Part shown: positions 28,920 to 38,726 of the stretch, one piece after another | Layout of the letters: every line of letters starts with the position of its first letter | Position numbering within the stretch: the stretch's first letter is position 1 | Source of the DNA: Chloroflexota bacterium | Lineage (GTDB): Bacteria > Chloroflexota > Dehalococcoidia > JACPQK01 | Direction: 5' to 3' | DNA length: 64,000 bases | NCBI GenBank assembly: GCA_016190505.1 | Contig: JACPQM010000023.1 | Location: 2,877-66,876, forward strand | Translations under genes and position numbers: made by a program | The notes under the pieces: model-generated | The model's input: the letters and a program-made list of their open reading frames with translations, nothing else | Database searches by the model: none | Told to the model about the DNA's origin: nothing

Positions 28920-31145
28920 ATGTCCAGGTTTATAGCCACTTCCGCCATCCGGGGGGCGAACCAGATCGTCGCCCAGGCGGAGGGCATGTACCAGAAGGCC
29001 CTGAAGGAGCTGGGGCCAGAGACGCCCATCGCCTTTACCAACACGGCCTATTTCCTGCCAGTAATCTACGGCTTCACGGGGCACAAGGTGCAGAAGCTGG
29101 CTGACCTGGCTGTGCCATTGGACTACGCCCGCGGTCTTCTCTCCCCCGTCCCCAAGCAGAGCGTGTGGCTGCCCTACCTCGGCGAGGCCCTGGACTCGGG
29201 TGTGGCCACGCTGTTCGCTGAGGAGGCCATCGAGGGAATCCGCTTCGCCCGGGGCGAGCAGCCCGAGGTGAAGAACGGTTACACGTTCAACGGCCCCATT
29301 GACGACGTGCAGATGCGCGCCTGGGGTGTGGCGCTGGTGGACGGGCGTATGCCTGGCTTCGCCGCCATTGTGGGCGCCGCCAAGAGTAACGAGGTCGCTG
29401 TCAAGATATTCCGAGAGCTCCAGGCCCGGGGCTTGCTGGTCTTCCTGTGCAGCGACGTCAACGGGCGTACCATCACCGACCAGCTCCTGGAGTCCGGCGT
29501 CGAGTTGGGCTATGGGACATACAGCGTTCCCTTCGGCTCGGACACCATCTCGGCTGTCTATGCCCTGGGCTTCGCCACCCGGGCCGCTTTCTCCTTCGGC
29601 AACTTCAAGCCTGGGAACTACCGCGACATCCTGTTCTACAACAAGTTCCGCTGCTTCGCCTTTGGCTTGGCCCTGGGGCAGGTGGACGACCTGAAGTACG
29701 CCACCGCCGCCGGCGTCATCAACTACGGCTTCCCCATTATTGCCGACACTGTCATCCCCAACGTGCTGCCCACGGGCGTTACTGAGCACGAGCACGTGGT
29801 AAGCCTGCCCTTCGACGACATCCCGGGCAAGGACGACCTGGAGCGGGCGGAGCGTCTGGTCCAGCGCTGCGTCGAGATCCGGGGCATCCGCATCAAGATC
29901 AAGGCGGTGGAGATCCCGGTGGCCTATGGCGCCGCCTTCGAGGGCGAGATCGTGCGGCGCAACCAGATCCATGCTGAGTTCGGCGGCAAGGGCGGCACCT
30001 GCTTCGAGCTGCTCACCACCCGCAAGGCAGACCAGGTGGAAGATGGCAAGGTCACCGTGGTGGGCCCGGACATTGACAGCATCACGCCGGGCGCCAACAT
30101 CCCGCTGGGCATACTGGTCGAGGTGGCCGGCGCCAAGATGGACAAAGACTTCGAGCCTGTCATCGAGCGCCAGTTCCACCACTTCGTGAACATGGCCGAA
30201 GGCCTCCAGCACATCGGACAGCGGGACATCGCCTGGATTCGGGTGTCCAAGACCGCCTTCGAGAAGGGCTTCCGCCTCCAGCACTTCGGTAAGATCCTCC
30301 ACGCCAAGGTCCACGAGGACTTCGGCGCCCTGGTGGACAAGGTCCAGGTGACCATCTTCGCCGACCCGGCACAGGTCAAGGCCCGCCGCGAGGCGGCCCA
30401 GGTGGTATACCGCGAGCGCAACCAGCGGCTCATGGGCCTCAAGGACGAGGCCGTGGACGTGTTCTATAGCTGCTCCCTGTGCCAGTCCTTTGCCCCTACC
30501 CACATCTGCGCCATCCCGCCCGAGAGGTCGGGCCTGTGCGGCGCCTATAGCTGGCTGGACTGCAAGGCAGCCTACCAGATCAACCCGCGCGGCCCCAACC
30601 AGCCCATCGCCAAGGGGCAGGTCATTGACCAGGCGAAGGGCGAGTTCGAGGGCATCAACGAGTTCGTGTTCAACAATACCCAGCGCAGTGTGCAGAGGGT
30701 CACCCTCTACTCCGTGATGGACGCCCCCATGACCTCCTGCGGCTGCTTCGAGTGCATCATGGTGGTCATCCCCGAGGCCAACGGCTTCATGGTGGTCTCC
30801 CGGGAAGACCCCAGCATGACCCCCTGCGGCATGACCTTCTCCACCCTGGCCGGCACGGCCGGCGGCGGCTTGCAGAACCCGGGCGTGATGGGCCACGGCA
30901 AGATGTTCGTGATCAGTGAGAAGTTCCTCAAGGCCGACGGTGGCCTGAAGCGGGTAGTGTGGATGTCCTCCAACCTCAAGGAGGAGCTGGGTGAGCAGCT
31001 CAAGGACGCAGCCGCCCGGGAAGGCGAGCCTGACCTGCTCGACAAGATCGCCGACGAGAAGGTGGCCACCTCCGTCGAGGACCTGCTGCCTTTCCTCCAG
31101 GAGAGGGGGCATCCCGCTCTCACTATGGACTCCCTCCTGGGCTAG
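28920..31145 (+). CDS. acsB: Acetyl-CoA synthase
   Basis: NTAYFLP; A-cluster ligands FYSCSLCQSFAPTHIC, GLCGA, PMTSCGCFEC. Confidence 0.97.
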   Translation: MSRFIATSAIRGANQIVAQAEGMYQKALKELGPETPIAFTNTAYFLPVIYGFTGHKVQKLADLAVPLDYARGLLSPVPKQSVWLPYLGEALDSGVATLFAEEAIEGIRFARGEQPEVKNGYTFNGPIDDVQMRAWGVALVDGRMPGFAAIVGAAKSNEVAVKIFRELQARGLLVFLCSDVNGRTITDQLLESGVELGYGTYSVPFGSDTISAVYALGFATRAAFSFGNFKPGNYRDILFYNKFRCFAFGLALGQVDDLKYATAAGVINYGFPIIADTVIPNVLPTGVTEHEHVVSLPFDDIPGKDDLERAERLVQRCVEIRGIRIKIKAVEIPVAYGAAFEGEIVRRNQIHAEFGGKGGTCFELLTTRKADQVEDGKVTVVGPDIDSITPGANIPLGILVEVAGAKMDKDFEPVIERQFHHFVNMAEGLQHIGQRDIAWIRVSKTAFEKGFRLQHFGKILHAKVHEDFGALVDKVQVTIFADPAQVKARREAAQVVYRERNQRLMGLKDEAVDVFYSCSLCQSFAPTHICAIPPERSGLCGAYSWLDCKAAYQINPRGPNQPIAKGQVIDQAKGEFEGINEFVFNNTQRSVQRVTLYSVMDAPMTSCGCFECIMVVIPEANGFMVVSREDPSMTPCGMTFSTLAGTAGGGLQNPGVMGHGKMFVISEKFLKADGGLKRVVWMSSNLKEELGEQLKDAAAREGEPDLLDKIADEKVATSVEDLLPFLQERGHPALTMDSLLG

Positions 31146-31187
31146 GCCAGGGCCTCCAGAGGGGTGGGTTGTATATGGGAAGGCAAC

Positions 31188-31217
31188 CGTAGGGGCATGG
31201 CGCGCCATGCCCCTACG
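31188..31217. repeat. REP palindrome
   Basis: Identical to 28073-28102. Confidence 0.9.
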
Positions 31218-31283
31218 AAATGACCACCCCCTGGCTGGGACGTGTCCTGAGTTGCAGGGACGGTCCCTTCATAAGGAGAACAC

Positions 31284-32246
31284 ATGCCGAAAGTCGAAGC
31301 GCCCGTAGAGAAATGGCGGGGCCGGGTCCAAGAGGTCCGGCTGGGCGGTGACGGACGCAAACAGGTGACAGTGGGGGGCGAGAGCACCCTGCCCTTTCTC
31401 CATTTCGACGGCGAGATCCCCCACCGCCCGGTGATCGCCGCGGAGGTGCTGGACATGCCCCCTGCGGATTGGGCCGAGAATGTGGTGTCCGCCTGGGGGG
31501 ATGCCCTCAAGTCCCCGGCGGCCTGGGCCAAGAAGGCGGCCCAGCTCGGCGCCGACCTCATTTTCCTGCGCCTGGCCAGCGCCCACCCCGAGCAGGGCAA
31601 TACCTCCGGTGCCCAGGCGGCCAAGACCGTGTCCCAGGTCATGGAGGCCACCGACCTGCCCCTGATCGTGGTGGGCCCGGATGTGGCCGAGAAGGACAAC
31701 GAGGTTATCGTGGCGGTGGCCGAGGCGGCCCGGGGCCAGCGCCTGGCCCTGGGTACGGTCACCGACAAGAACTATCGCACTATCGTGGCTACAGCCATGG
31801 CCGGCGGCCACGCAGTAGTTGCCCAGGCGCCCATGGACATGAACCTTTCCAAGCAGCTCAACATCCTGTGCTGCGACGTGGGGCTGCCCAAGGACTCGCT
31901 AGTCATGGACCCGACTACAGGCGCTCTGGGCTATGGCATGGAGTACGCCCTGTCGGTCTTCGAGCGATTGCGGCTGGCCGCCCTCCAGGGCGATGCCATG
32001 ACGGCCATGCCTATCCTGTGCCACGCCGGGTACGAGTCCTGGAGACAGAAGGAGGCCAAGGCGGTGGAGGGCGTGCCTGTGTCCTGGGGCGACCAGAAGG
32101 TGCGGTCCCTGCTCTGGGAGCAGATGACGGCCCTGACCCTGCTTCAGAGCGGGGCGGAGATTATGGTGCTGCGACACCCCCGCTCCATGGATGTTGTCCG
32201 CGGCGTGATTGACCGACTCATGGCCCGCCAGGGGCCAGTTAGCTAG
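31284..32246 (+). CDS. acsD: Corrinoid Fe-S protein small subunit
   Basis: VGGESTLPFLHFDG, EKDNEV, DMNLSKQLN, MDPTTGALGYGMEY, ERLRLAAL. Confidence 0.95.
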   Translation: MPKVEAPVEKWRGRVQEVRLGGDGRKQVTVGGESTLPFLHFDGEIPHRPVIAAEVLDMPPADWAENVVSAWGDALKSPAAWAKKAAQLGADLIFLRLASAHPEQGNTSGAQAAKTVSQVMEATDLPLIVVGPDVAEKDNEVIVAVAEAARGQRLALGTVTDKNYRTIVATAMAGGHAVVAQAPMDMNLSKQLNILCCDVGLPKDSLVMDPTTGALGYGMEYALSVFERLRLAALQGDAMTAMPILCHAGYESWRQKEAKAVEGVPVSWGDQKVRSLLWEQMTALTLLQSGAEIMVLRHPRSMDVVRGVIDRLMARQGPVS

Positions 32247-32257
32247 GGAGGGTGGCC

Positions 32258-33613
32258 ATGGCGCTCACCGCCATCGAGATCTACAAATACCTGCCCAAGA
32301 CCAACTGTAAGGACTGCGGTTTCCCCACCTGCCTGGCCTTCGCCATGAAGCTGGCGCAAAAGGGGGCCGAGCTGTCGGCCTGCAAGCACGTTTCCGAGGA
32401 GGCCAAGAGCGCCTTAGAGGCCGCCTCCCGACCTCCCATCCGTCTGGTCACTATCGGCAAGGATGGGCGCAAGGTAGAGGTGGGCAACGAGGTGGCGATG
32501 TTCCGCCACGAGAAGACCTTCTACCACCAGCCCGGGCTGCTGCTGCGGGTCAAGGACTCCGCAGCCCCTGATAAGGTGGCCCAGGAGATGGCTGCCGTGG
32601 CCAGCTACAAGGTGGAGCGCGTGGGGATGCAGTTGAGTTGGAATGGCCTGGCGATCCAGAACGATGGCGGCGACAAGGCCGCCTTCCTGGCGGCGGTGAA
32701 GCTGGCGCAGGCCCACCCCGAGCTGGCCCTGGTGCTCATGTCCGATGACCCCGACACCATGGCCGCGGCACTTGGCGACCCCGCCGTGGCTGGACGCCTG
32801 CCTCTGATATACGCGGCCACCGAGGCCAACTGGCAGAAGATGGCGGCACTGGCCAAGCAACACAAGTGCCCTCTGGCCGTGCGCGCCGGTGGCCTGGATG
32901 CCCTGGCCACGCTCACCGAGCAGGTGGCCGCGGCTGGCATCGAGGACATAGTGGTGGACCCGGGCGCCCGCGACTTCGGCGATTCGCTGAATGCGCTGAC
33001 CCAGATCCGACGCCTCGCCCTCAAGAAGAGCTTCCGACCCCTGGGCTACCCGGTGATCACCTTCCCGGGTGAGAAGGCCAGCTCCCAGGAGGAGGAGGTG
33101 CTGCTGGCCACGCAGCACATCGCCAGGTACGCCGGTGTCATCGTGCTGGACCATTTCTCACCGGCAATGGCATATCCCCTGCTCACCGAGCGTCTCAACA
33201 TCTACACTGACCCGCAGAAGCCGCTCCAGATGCAGGCGGGGGTCTATCCCTTTGGCAAGCCGGACCCGGCTAGCCCGCTGCTGGTAACGACTAACTTCTC
33301 CCTCACCTACTTCTCGGTGTCCTCCGAGATCGAGTCCAGTGGCTTCCCCACCTGGCTTATGGTGGTGGACACCGAGGGCCAGTCGGTGCTCACCTCGTGG
33401 GCCTCGGGCAAGTTCGACGCTGAGAAGATCTCCAAGGCGGCCAAGAACTTTAAGGTGGAGGAGAAGATCGGCCATCGGAGCCTGGTCATCCCCGGTGCGG
33501 TGGCTGTCCTCAGGGGCGAGCTCGAGGGGGAGTTCCCCGAGTGGAAGATCATGGTGGGGCCACGGGAAGCGGTGGGCATCGGGCCTTTCCTCAAGCAGAA
33601 CTGGGCCAGGTAG
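32258..33613 (+). CDS. acsC: Corrinoid Fe-S protein large subunit
   Basis: LPKTNCKDCGFPTCLAFA, FRHEKTF, NIYTDPQKP, TTNFSLTY, VGPREA. Confidence 0.97.
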   Translation: MALTAIEIYKYLPKTNCKDCGFPTCLAFAMKLAQKGAELSACKHVSEEAKSALEAASRPPIRLVTIGKDGRKVEVGNEVAMFRHEKTFYHQPGLLLRVKDSAAPDKVAQEMAAVASYKVERVGMQLSWNGLAIQNDGGDKAAFLAAVKLAQAHPELALVLMSDDPDTMAAALGDPAVAGRLPLIYAATEANWQKMAALAKQHKCPLAVRAGGLDALATLTEQVAAAGIEDIVVDPGARDFGDSLNALTQIRRLALKKSFRPLGYPVITFPGEKASSQEEEVLLATQHIARYAGVIVLDHFSPAMAYPLLTERLNIYTDPQKPLQMQAGVYPFGKPDPASPLLVTTNFSLTYFSVSSEIESSGFPTWLMVVDTEGQSVLTSWASGKFDAEKISKAAKNFKVEEKIGHRSLVIPGAVAVLRGELEGEFPEWKIMVGPREAVGIGPFLKQNWAR

Positions 33614-33654
33614 CCCAGCCTCCACTGCCCCGACATGAAGACCTGTCAGAATGC

Positions 33655-33725
33655 TGTAGGCCGTCCCGACCTGTCGGGACAACCCGACCGACGCGTGTCT
33701 GGGCAGGTTAGGAAACCTGCCCTAC
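33655..33725. repeat. REP-like GTAG...CTAC element
   Basis: gtcccgacctgtcgggac and gggcaggttaggaaacctgccctac hairpins. Confidence 0.55.
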
Positions 33726-33742
33726 CAAGGCTGGACTAGGCC

Positions 33743-35656
33743 ATGAAGACCTGCCGGGTCTCTTTCCAGCCCGGGGGAGCTGTGGTCTCGGTGTCGGAAG
33801 GGACGCTGCTCCTGGACGCCGCAGCCAGGGCCGGTATCCTTCTGGACATGCCCTGCGGCGGGCAGGGCCGCTGTGGCCGCTGCCGGGTCAAGGTGGAGTC
33901 GGGCGAGGTCACCGGCCGGGAGAACATTCACCTTAGCCAGGAGGACATGGCTCAGGGCTGGGTGCTCTCCTGCACTGCCCGCGTGGTTGGCGACCTGGCG
34001 ATTACCGTGCCGCCCAAGGTGGAGCGGGACCGGGCCATCGTGGAGCTGCCCTCGGCCCGGGCCGCAGCCCAGATCGCCCTGCACTGGCCGCGCTATCCCG
34101 CCCTGCGTCGCGCCTATCTCGAGCTAACGCCGCCCAGCCTGGAGGACAACGCTCCAGACCTGGAGCGGTTGCGCCGGGGCCTGCGCCAGGAGGCCAACCT
34201 CGAAGGGCTGGAGCTCGACGTGTACCAGATGCGGGAGCTGGGCGCCACTCTGCGGCAGGACAACTGGCGGGTAAGCGCTACCCTCGATGCCAGCGGCCCG
34301 GGCAATCGCTTGGTGGACCTGCGCCCGGGCCGGATCAAAGGGCCCCTCCTCGGTCTGGCCGTGGACATCGGCACCACCAACGTGGTGGCCTATCTGGTCA
34401 ACCTGGACAATGGCCGGCTGCTGGGCAAAGCATCCCGCATGAACCGGCAGGTGTCTTGCGGCGAGGATGTGATCTCCCGCATCGTTTTCTCCCAGCGCGA
34501 GGGCGGCGTGGACACCCTCCAGAACCTGGCGGTGGACACCATAAACGTGCTGGTCAAGGAGCTTGCCCAGGCCCACGGGGCTTCCCCGGAGGACATCGGG
34601 GACATGGTGATGGCGGGCAACACCACCATGGCCCATCTTTTCCTGGGCATCCCGCCGCGCTACATCCGGGAGGAGCCCTACGTGCCTACGGCTACACACT
34701 TCCCGGTGTGCACCGCCCGGGATCTGGGGCTGGCCATTCATCCGAGGGCATCGGTGTACTGCGTGCCCAGCGTGGCCGCCTACGTGGGCGGCGACATTAC
34801 GGCGGGGGTGCTGGCGTCCAAGCTGTACGAATCTGATACGCTCAGTCTGTTCCTGGACGTGGGCACTAACGGGGAGATCGTTCTGGGCAACAAGGACTTC
34901 ATGATGACCGATGCCTGCAGCGCCGGTCCGGCGCTGGAGGGTGCCGGCATGCGCTGCGGCATGCGGGCCATGCCGGGGGCCATCGAGGACGTGCGTATCT
35001 CCTCGCTCACCCTGGAGCCGACCATCAAAGTGATCGGTGACGTGCCTGCCCAGGGCATTTGTGGCTCTGGCCTGATCTCGGCGGTGGCTGAGATGCTGGT
35101 TACCGGCGTGATTAGCAAGGGGGGCAAGATAGACCTGGACTATGTGCTCAGCCGCCAGCCGGAGCGGCCCCGCGCCAGGCCCGGCGAGTCCGGCCCGGAA
35201 TACGTTCTGGTCTGGGCCGGCGAGGCCGGCGGAGGCACGGACATCACACTCTCCGAGGTGGACCTGGAGAACCTTGTCCGGGTGAAGGCCGCCATCTACG
35301 CGGGCATTATGGTCATGGCTGAGAAGTCGGGGATACCCCTGGACACAGTGGAGCGGGTGCTGATCGGCGGCGCCTTCGGCCAGCATATCAACGTGGAGCA
35401 GGCCATCCAGATCGGTCTGCTTCCGGACCTGCCCTGGGACAAGTTCCACTTCCTGGGCAACACGTCCGCCTGGGGGGCCTATAACATCCTTCTCTCCAAG
35501 CACGCTCGGAGCAAAGTGGAGGAGTTGGTGGCGGGCATGACCTACGTCGAGTTGATCGCTGACAACTCCTTCATGAACGAGTTCACCGCTTCCCTCTTCT
35601 TGCCCCACACCGACGCGGACCGCTTCCCTTCGGTGGCGCACCTGCTGTCCCGCTGA
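33743..35656 (+). CDS. acsV: Reductive activator of CoFeSP (RACo, ASKHA family)
   Basis: N-terminal 2Fe-2S CGGQGRCGRC; DIGTT, GEDVISRI, DVGTNGE, AGPALEG, GICGSG. Confidence 0.9.
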   Translation: MKTCRVSFQPGGAVVSVSEGTLLLDAAARAGILLDMPCGGQGRCGRCRVKVESGEVTGRENIHLSQEDMAQGWVLSCTARVVGDLAITVPPKVERDRAIVELPSARAAAQIALHWPRYPALRRAYLELTPPSLEDNAPDLERLRRGLRQEANLEGLELDVYQMRELGATLRQDNWRVSATLDASGPGNRLVDLRPGRIKGPLLGLAVDIGTTNVVAYLVNLDNGRLLGKASRMNRQVSCGEDVISRIVFSQREGGVDTLQNLAVDTINVLVKELAQAHGASPEDIGDMVMAGNTTMAHLFLGIPPRYIREEPYVPTATHFPVCTARDLGLAIHPRASVYCVPSVAAYVGGDITAGVLASKLYESDTLSLFLDVGTNGEIVLGNKDFMMTDACSAGPALEGAGMRCGMRAMPGAIEDVRISSLTLEPTIKVIGDVPAQGICGSGLISAVAEMLVTGVISKGGKIDLDYVLSRQPERPRARPGESGPEYVLVWAGEAGGGTDITLSEVDLENLVRVKAAIYAGIMVMAEKSGIPLDTVERVLIGGAFGQHINVEQAIQIGLLPDLPWDKFHFLGNTSAWGAYNILLSKHARSKVEELVAGMTYVELIADNSFMNEFTASLFLPHTDADRFPSVAHLLSR

Positions 35657-35657
35657 C

Positions 35658-37106
35658 ATGGAAACGCACCCTCTGGAGTTCCTGTTCCACCCCCGGTCTG
35701 TGGCTATAGCCGGCATTTCACCGGACCTGCGGAGCCAGGGTCGCGAGTATCTGCTTAACCTTCAGCAGTTCGAGTTTCCTGGGGACATATACCTGGTCAA
35801 TCCCAACTACGCCGAGGTGGAGGGTATCCCCTGCTACCCGGCTTTGCGGGACATACCTGGTCCTGTGGACTATGTGGTCTCGTGCGTGCCGGCTACAGCC
35901 TTGCTTCCCCTGGTGGATGATGCCATTGCCAAGCGGGTGCGGGCCATCCAGATGTACACTGCCCGCATGGCCGAGAGCGGCCTCTCCGAGGGCCAGGCGC
36001 TGGAGGCGGAGGTGGGCCGCCGGGCGAAACAGGCGGGTGTACGTCTCATCGGCCCCAACTGCATGGGCATCTACTACCCTCGCGGGGGCCTCTCTTTTCG
36101 CCTGGGGTATCCCCGCGAGCCGGGTGTGGTGGGCGTGCTGTCCCAGAGCGGGGGGAACTCTGCTTACCTGGAGTATCTGGGTGTAGGCCGCGGCCTGCGG
36201 TTCAGCAAGATCATCAGCTACGGCAACGGGGTGGACCTCAACGAGGCCGATCTCATGGACTACTTCGCTGACGACCCGGAGACCCGGGTCATCGGCGCGT
36301 ACATCGAAGGAGCCAGGGAGGGCTGGCGCTTCTTCCAGGCCCTGTCCCGGGCCGCTGCCGCCAAGCCGGTGGCCATCTTCAAGGGTGGCGCTACTGCTAC
36401 CGGCCAGCGGGCAATCTCCACGCACACGGCCTCCCTGGCGGGTCAGGACCGGGTGTGGGATGCCCTGTGCCGCCAGGCCGGGGCGGTGCGCGTGGGCAAC
36501 ATGGAGGAGCTGTCCGACCTGCTACTCGCTTTCTCGCTGCTGCCGCCGCCCTCGGGCAACCGGCTGGCGGTGCTGGGCGGTGGCGGCGGCTACAGCGTCT
36601 ACACAGCGGATACAGCCGAGCGGGCAGGTCTGGTGCTGCCTCCCCTGCCTCAGGGCATCAAGCTGCGGCTCAAGGAGATGCTGCCCCAGGTGTGGAGCCT
36701 GGTCTCCAACCCGGTGGACCACTCGGTAGTCCCTGACCCGCTGCAATACCTGGAGGTCGCCCGTCTGGTGGCCGGGCATCCGGGCACAGACCTGGCGCTG
36801 TTCAACCTTGACCCGGCGTGGTACCTGGATACGCCCGGAGGAGTAACTCGCGTGCTGGGTGTAGTGGACGGTCTGCTCAACATAGCCAAGGAGTGCGGCA
36901 AGCCAGCGGCAGTGATGCTAGCCTACTCCGACTCGCTGGAACCGTGGAGGTGGGAGACTGCCGCCGAGGTCCAGCGGCGCTGTGTGGCTGGGGGTCTCCC
37001 TGTTTTCCTTAGCATAGACCGGGCGATCAGAGCCCTGAGCTACTTCGCAGGCTATTACCGCTCCGCAGTGCGGAGGCAGGAACGAAAAGAGGGGGTGGAC
37101 CTATGA
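35658..37106 (+). CDS. Acyl-CoA synthetase (ADP-forming) alpha subunit
   Basis: FHPRSVA, IGPNCMG, SQSGG, SYGN, HTASLAG phospho-His; no ATP-grasp domain. Confidence 0.85.
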   Translation: METHPLEFLFHPRSVAIAGISPDLRSQGREYLLNLQQFEFPGDIYLVNPNYAEVEGIPCYPALRDIPGPVDYVVSCVPATALLPLVDDAIAKRVRAIQMYTARMAESGLSEGQALEAEVGRRAKQAGVRLIGPNCMGIYYPRGGLSFRLGYPREPGVVGVLSQSGGNSAYLEYLGVGRGLRFSKIISYGNGVDLNEADLMDYFADDPETRVIGAYIEGAREGWRFFQALSRAAAAKPVAIFKGGATATGQRAISTHTASLAGQDRVWDALCRQAGAVRVGNMEELSDLLLAFSLLPPPSGNRLAVLGGGGGYSVYTADTAERAGLVLPPLPQGIKLRLKEMLPQVWSLVSNPVDHSVVPDPLQYLEVARLVAGHPGTDLALFNLDPAWYLDTPGGVTRVLGVVDGLLNIAKECGKPAAVMLAYSDSLEPWRWETAAEVQRRCVAGGLPVFLSIDRAIRALSYFAGYYRSAVRRQERKEGVDL

Positions 37107-38023
37107 TCGTGATTGGCGAGTGCATTCATGTCATCGCCGGGACCGTGAAGAAGGCTATCGAGACCAGGGACAAGGCGCCCATTCAGGGCCTGGCCAAGGC
37201 CCAGGTGGACAAGGGCGCTCACTACCTGGAGCTCAACATCGGGCCCCAGCGTCGCGCCGGGCCCGAGGTCATGCGCTGGATGGTGGATACGGTGCGCGAG
37301 GTCACGGACTCGCCACTATCCTTGGACACCAGCAACGTGGCGGCCATGGAGGCCGGGCTTGGGCTGTGTCAGGGCAAGGCCCTGGTCAACAGCACCGACG
37401 CCACCGAGGAGCGGCTGCACAACTTCATGCCTCTATCGGCGAAGTACAAAACACCTATCATCGCCCTGACCATGGGCAAGGGGGGCATACCGGCCAACGC
37501 CGACGCCCGTCTGGAGCTGGCCTCCAACGTGATCTTCCCCTCCGCTGCCGAGTGGGGCGTGCCCGTGGAGGACCTGTTTCTGGACCCACTGGTGCTAACC
37601 GTGACCTGCAACCAGGACCACTGCCAGGAGAGCATCAAGGCCATCCGCTATTTCAAGATGATGAACGAGCCTGCCCCCAGGACCACGTGCGGCCTGTCCA
37701 ACATCTCCAACGGTGCGCCCGCTGAGGTCAGGCCCCTGCTCAACAAGGTGTTCCTGGTGATGATGATGGGCGGTGGCCTGGACTCGGCCATTATGGACCC
37801 GCTGGACGCTGACCTCATGGAGACTATCCGGGTCATCGAGTCCCGGGACGACTCCACGCCCGAGGGTGAGCTTCTCATCCGGCTCTACGACACGTACGTG
37901 GCGGCGGAGCAGTTCGATACCATTGACGTGGACGTCAGCCTACCCGGTCTACGGGACATCGCCAAGACCATAGATATCCTCCAGAACACCACCGTCTACG
38001 CCCATTCGTACCTGCGGGTGTAG
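37103..38023 (+). CDS. acsE: Methyl-THF:CoFeSP methyltransferase
   Basis: Pterin-binding barrel: IGE.I, LSLDT, LVNS, FLDPL, GLSNIS, SAIMDP; acs context. Confidence 0.85.
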   Translation: MIVIGECIHVIAGTVKKAIETRDKAPIQGLAKAQVDKGAHYLELNIGPQRRAGPEVMRWMVDTVREVTDSPLSLDTSNVAAMEAGLGLCQGKALVNSTDATEERLHNFMPLSAKYKTPIIALTMGKGGIPANADARLELASNVIFPSAAEWGVPVEDLFLDPLVLTVTCNQDHCQESIKAIRYFKMMNEPAPRTTCGLSNISNGAPAEVRPLLNKVFLVMMMGGGLDSAIMDPLDADLMETIRVIESRDDSTPEGELLIRLYDTYVAAEQFDTIDVDVSLPGLRDIAKTIDILQNTTVYAHSYLRV

Positions 38024-38027
38024 TATT

Positions 38028-38056
38028 ATCCCTTCCCCCCTTGCGGGGGAAGGGAT
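38028..38056. terminator. Hairpin between convergent genes
   Basis: ATCCCTTCCCCC-cttgc-GGGGGAAGGGAT; may be REP-derived. Confidence 0.5.
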
Positions 38057-38060
38057 TAGT

Positions 38061-38714
38061 TTAGGGGTGCTCGTGGGACACGCCTTCCGGCTCGGGCACC
38101 CCGTCAGGGTCGTGGCCTTCCAGGGCTCTCACGTGGCGGGGAAGGACGTGCTGTTGATACACGCGCTCTAGCTGGTCCAGCAGGCGCTCCGGGTCGGCAT
38201 CGTAGCATATAACGGCGCCCGTTTTCTTCTCGACCATGCCAATAATCTGTTTCAGGTGCTGGGTGATGCCCCCGGTTCCTTCCAGGACCCCTATTACCTT
38301 GCCCTCGTCATAGGCGATGGCGAACTCGCCCAGCGTCCCGGAGCGGCCGCCAGCGAAGACTACCACGTCACAGCTCCTGATGTTCTCGATCTCCCGCCCC
38401 ATCAGCCCGCTTCCCGTGTAGATGATGGCGTCATAGCCCCGGGTGGGCGAGTGGTACTTCCTCACGTGCTCCTCCAGGTTGAGGGCGGGCGACACGCCCA
38501 CCACGGTGCCGCCTCCCGCTTTGGCCCCCTTCACGGCCTCCTGGGGCAGCCCGGGACAGGCCCCGGTCACCAGCACGTAGCCCCGTTTGGCCACGGCGAC
38601 GCCCAGCCGGCGCACCGGCTCGCACACCGTCTCCGGCAGGTAGCCACCCGCCGAACCCATTACCCCAACGGTCATCCGCGGGAATACTGAATCCTGATGC
38701 GGCTTATCGCCCAT
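38061..38714 (-). CDS. LOG/SLOG family protein
   Basis: GVMGS, VTGACPG, GVSP, RSCD..GGRSGTLGE. Confidence 0.85.
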   Translation of the reverse strand: MGDKPHQDSVFPRMTVGVMGSAGGYLPETVCEPVRRLGVAVAKRGYVLVTGACPGLPQEAVKGAKAGGGTVVGVSPALNLEEHVRKYHSPTRGYDAIIYTGSGLMGREIENIRSCDVVVFAGGRSGTLGEFAIAYDEGKVIGVLEGTGGITQHLKQIIGMVEKKTGAVICYDADPERLLDQLERVYQQHVLPRHVRALEGHDPDGVPEPEGVSHEHP

Positions 38715-38726
38715 GGGGCACTCCCT

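Noticed and set aside
28884-31208. 774-aa antisense ORF over acsB and similar long shadow ORFs (34124-35716, 21841-23364, 47752-48969)
   Set aside because: Expected from high-GC codon bias opposite real genes; no recognisable motifs.
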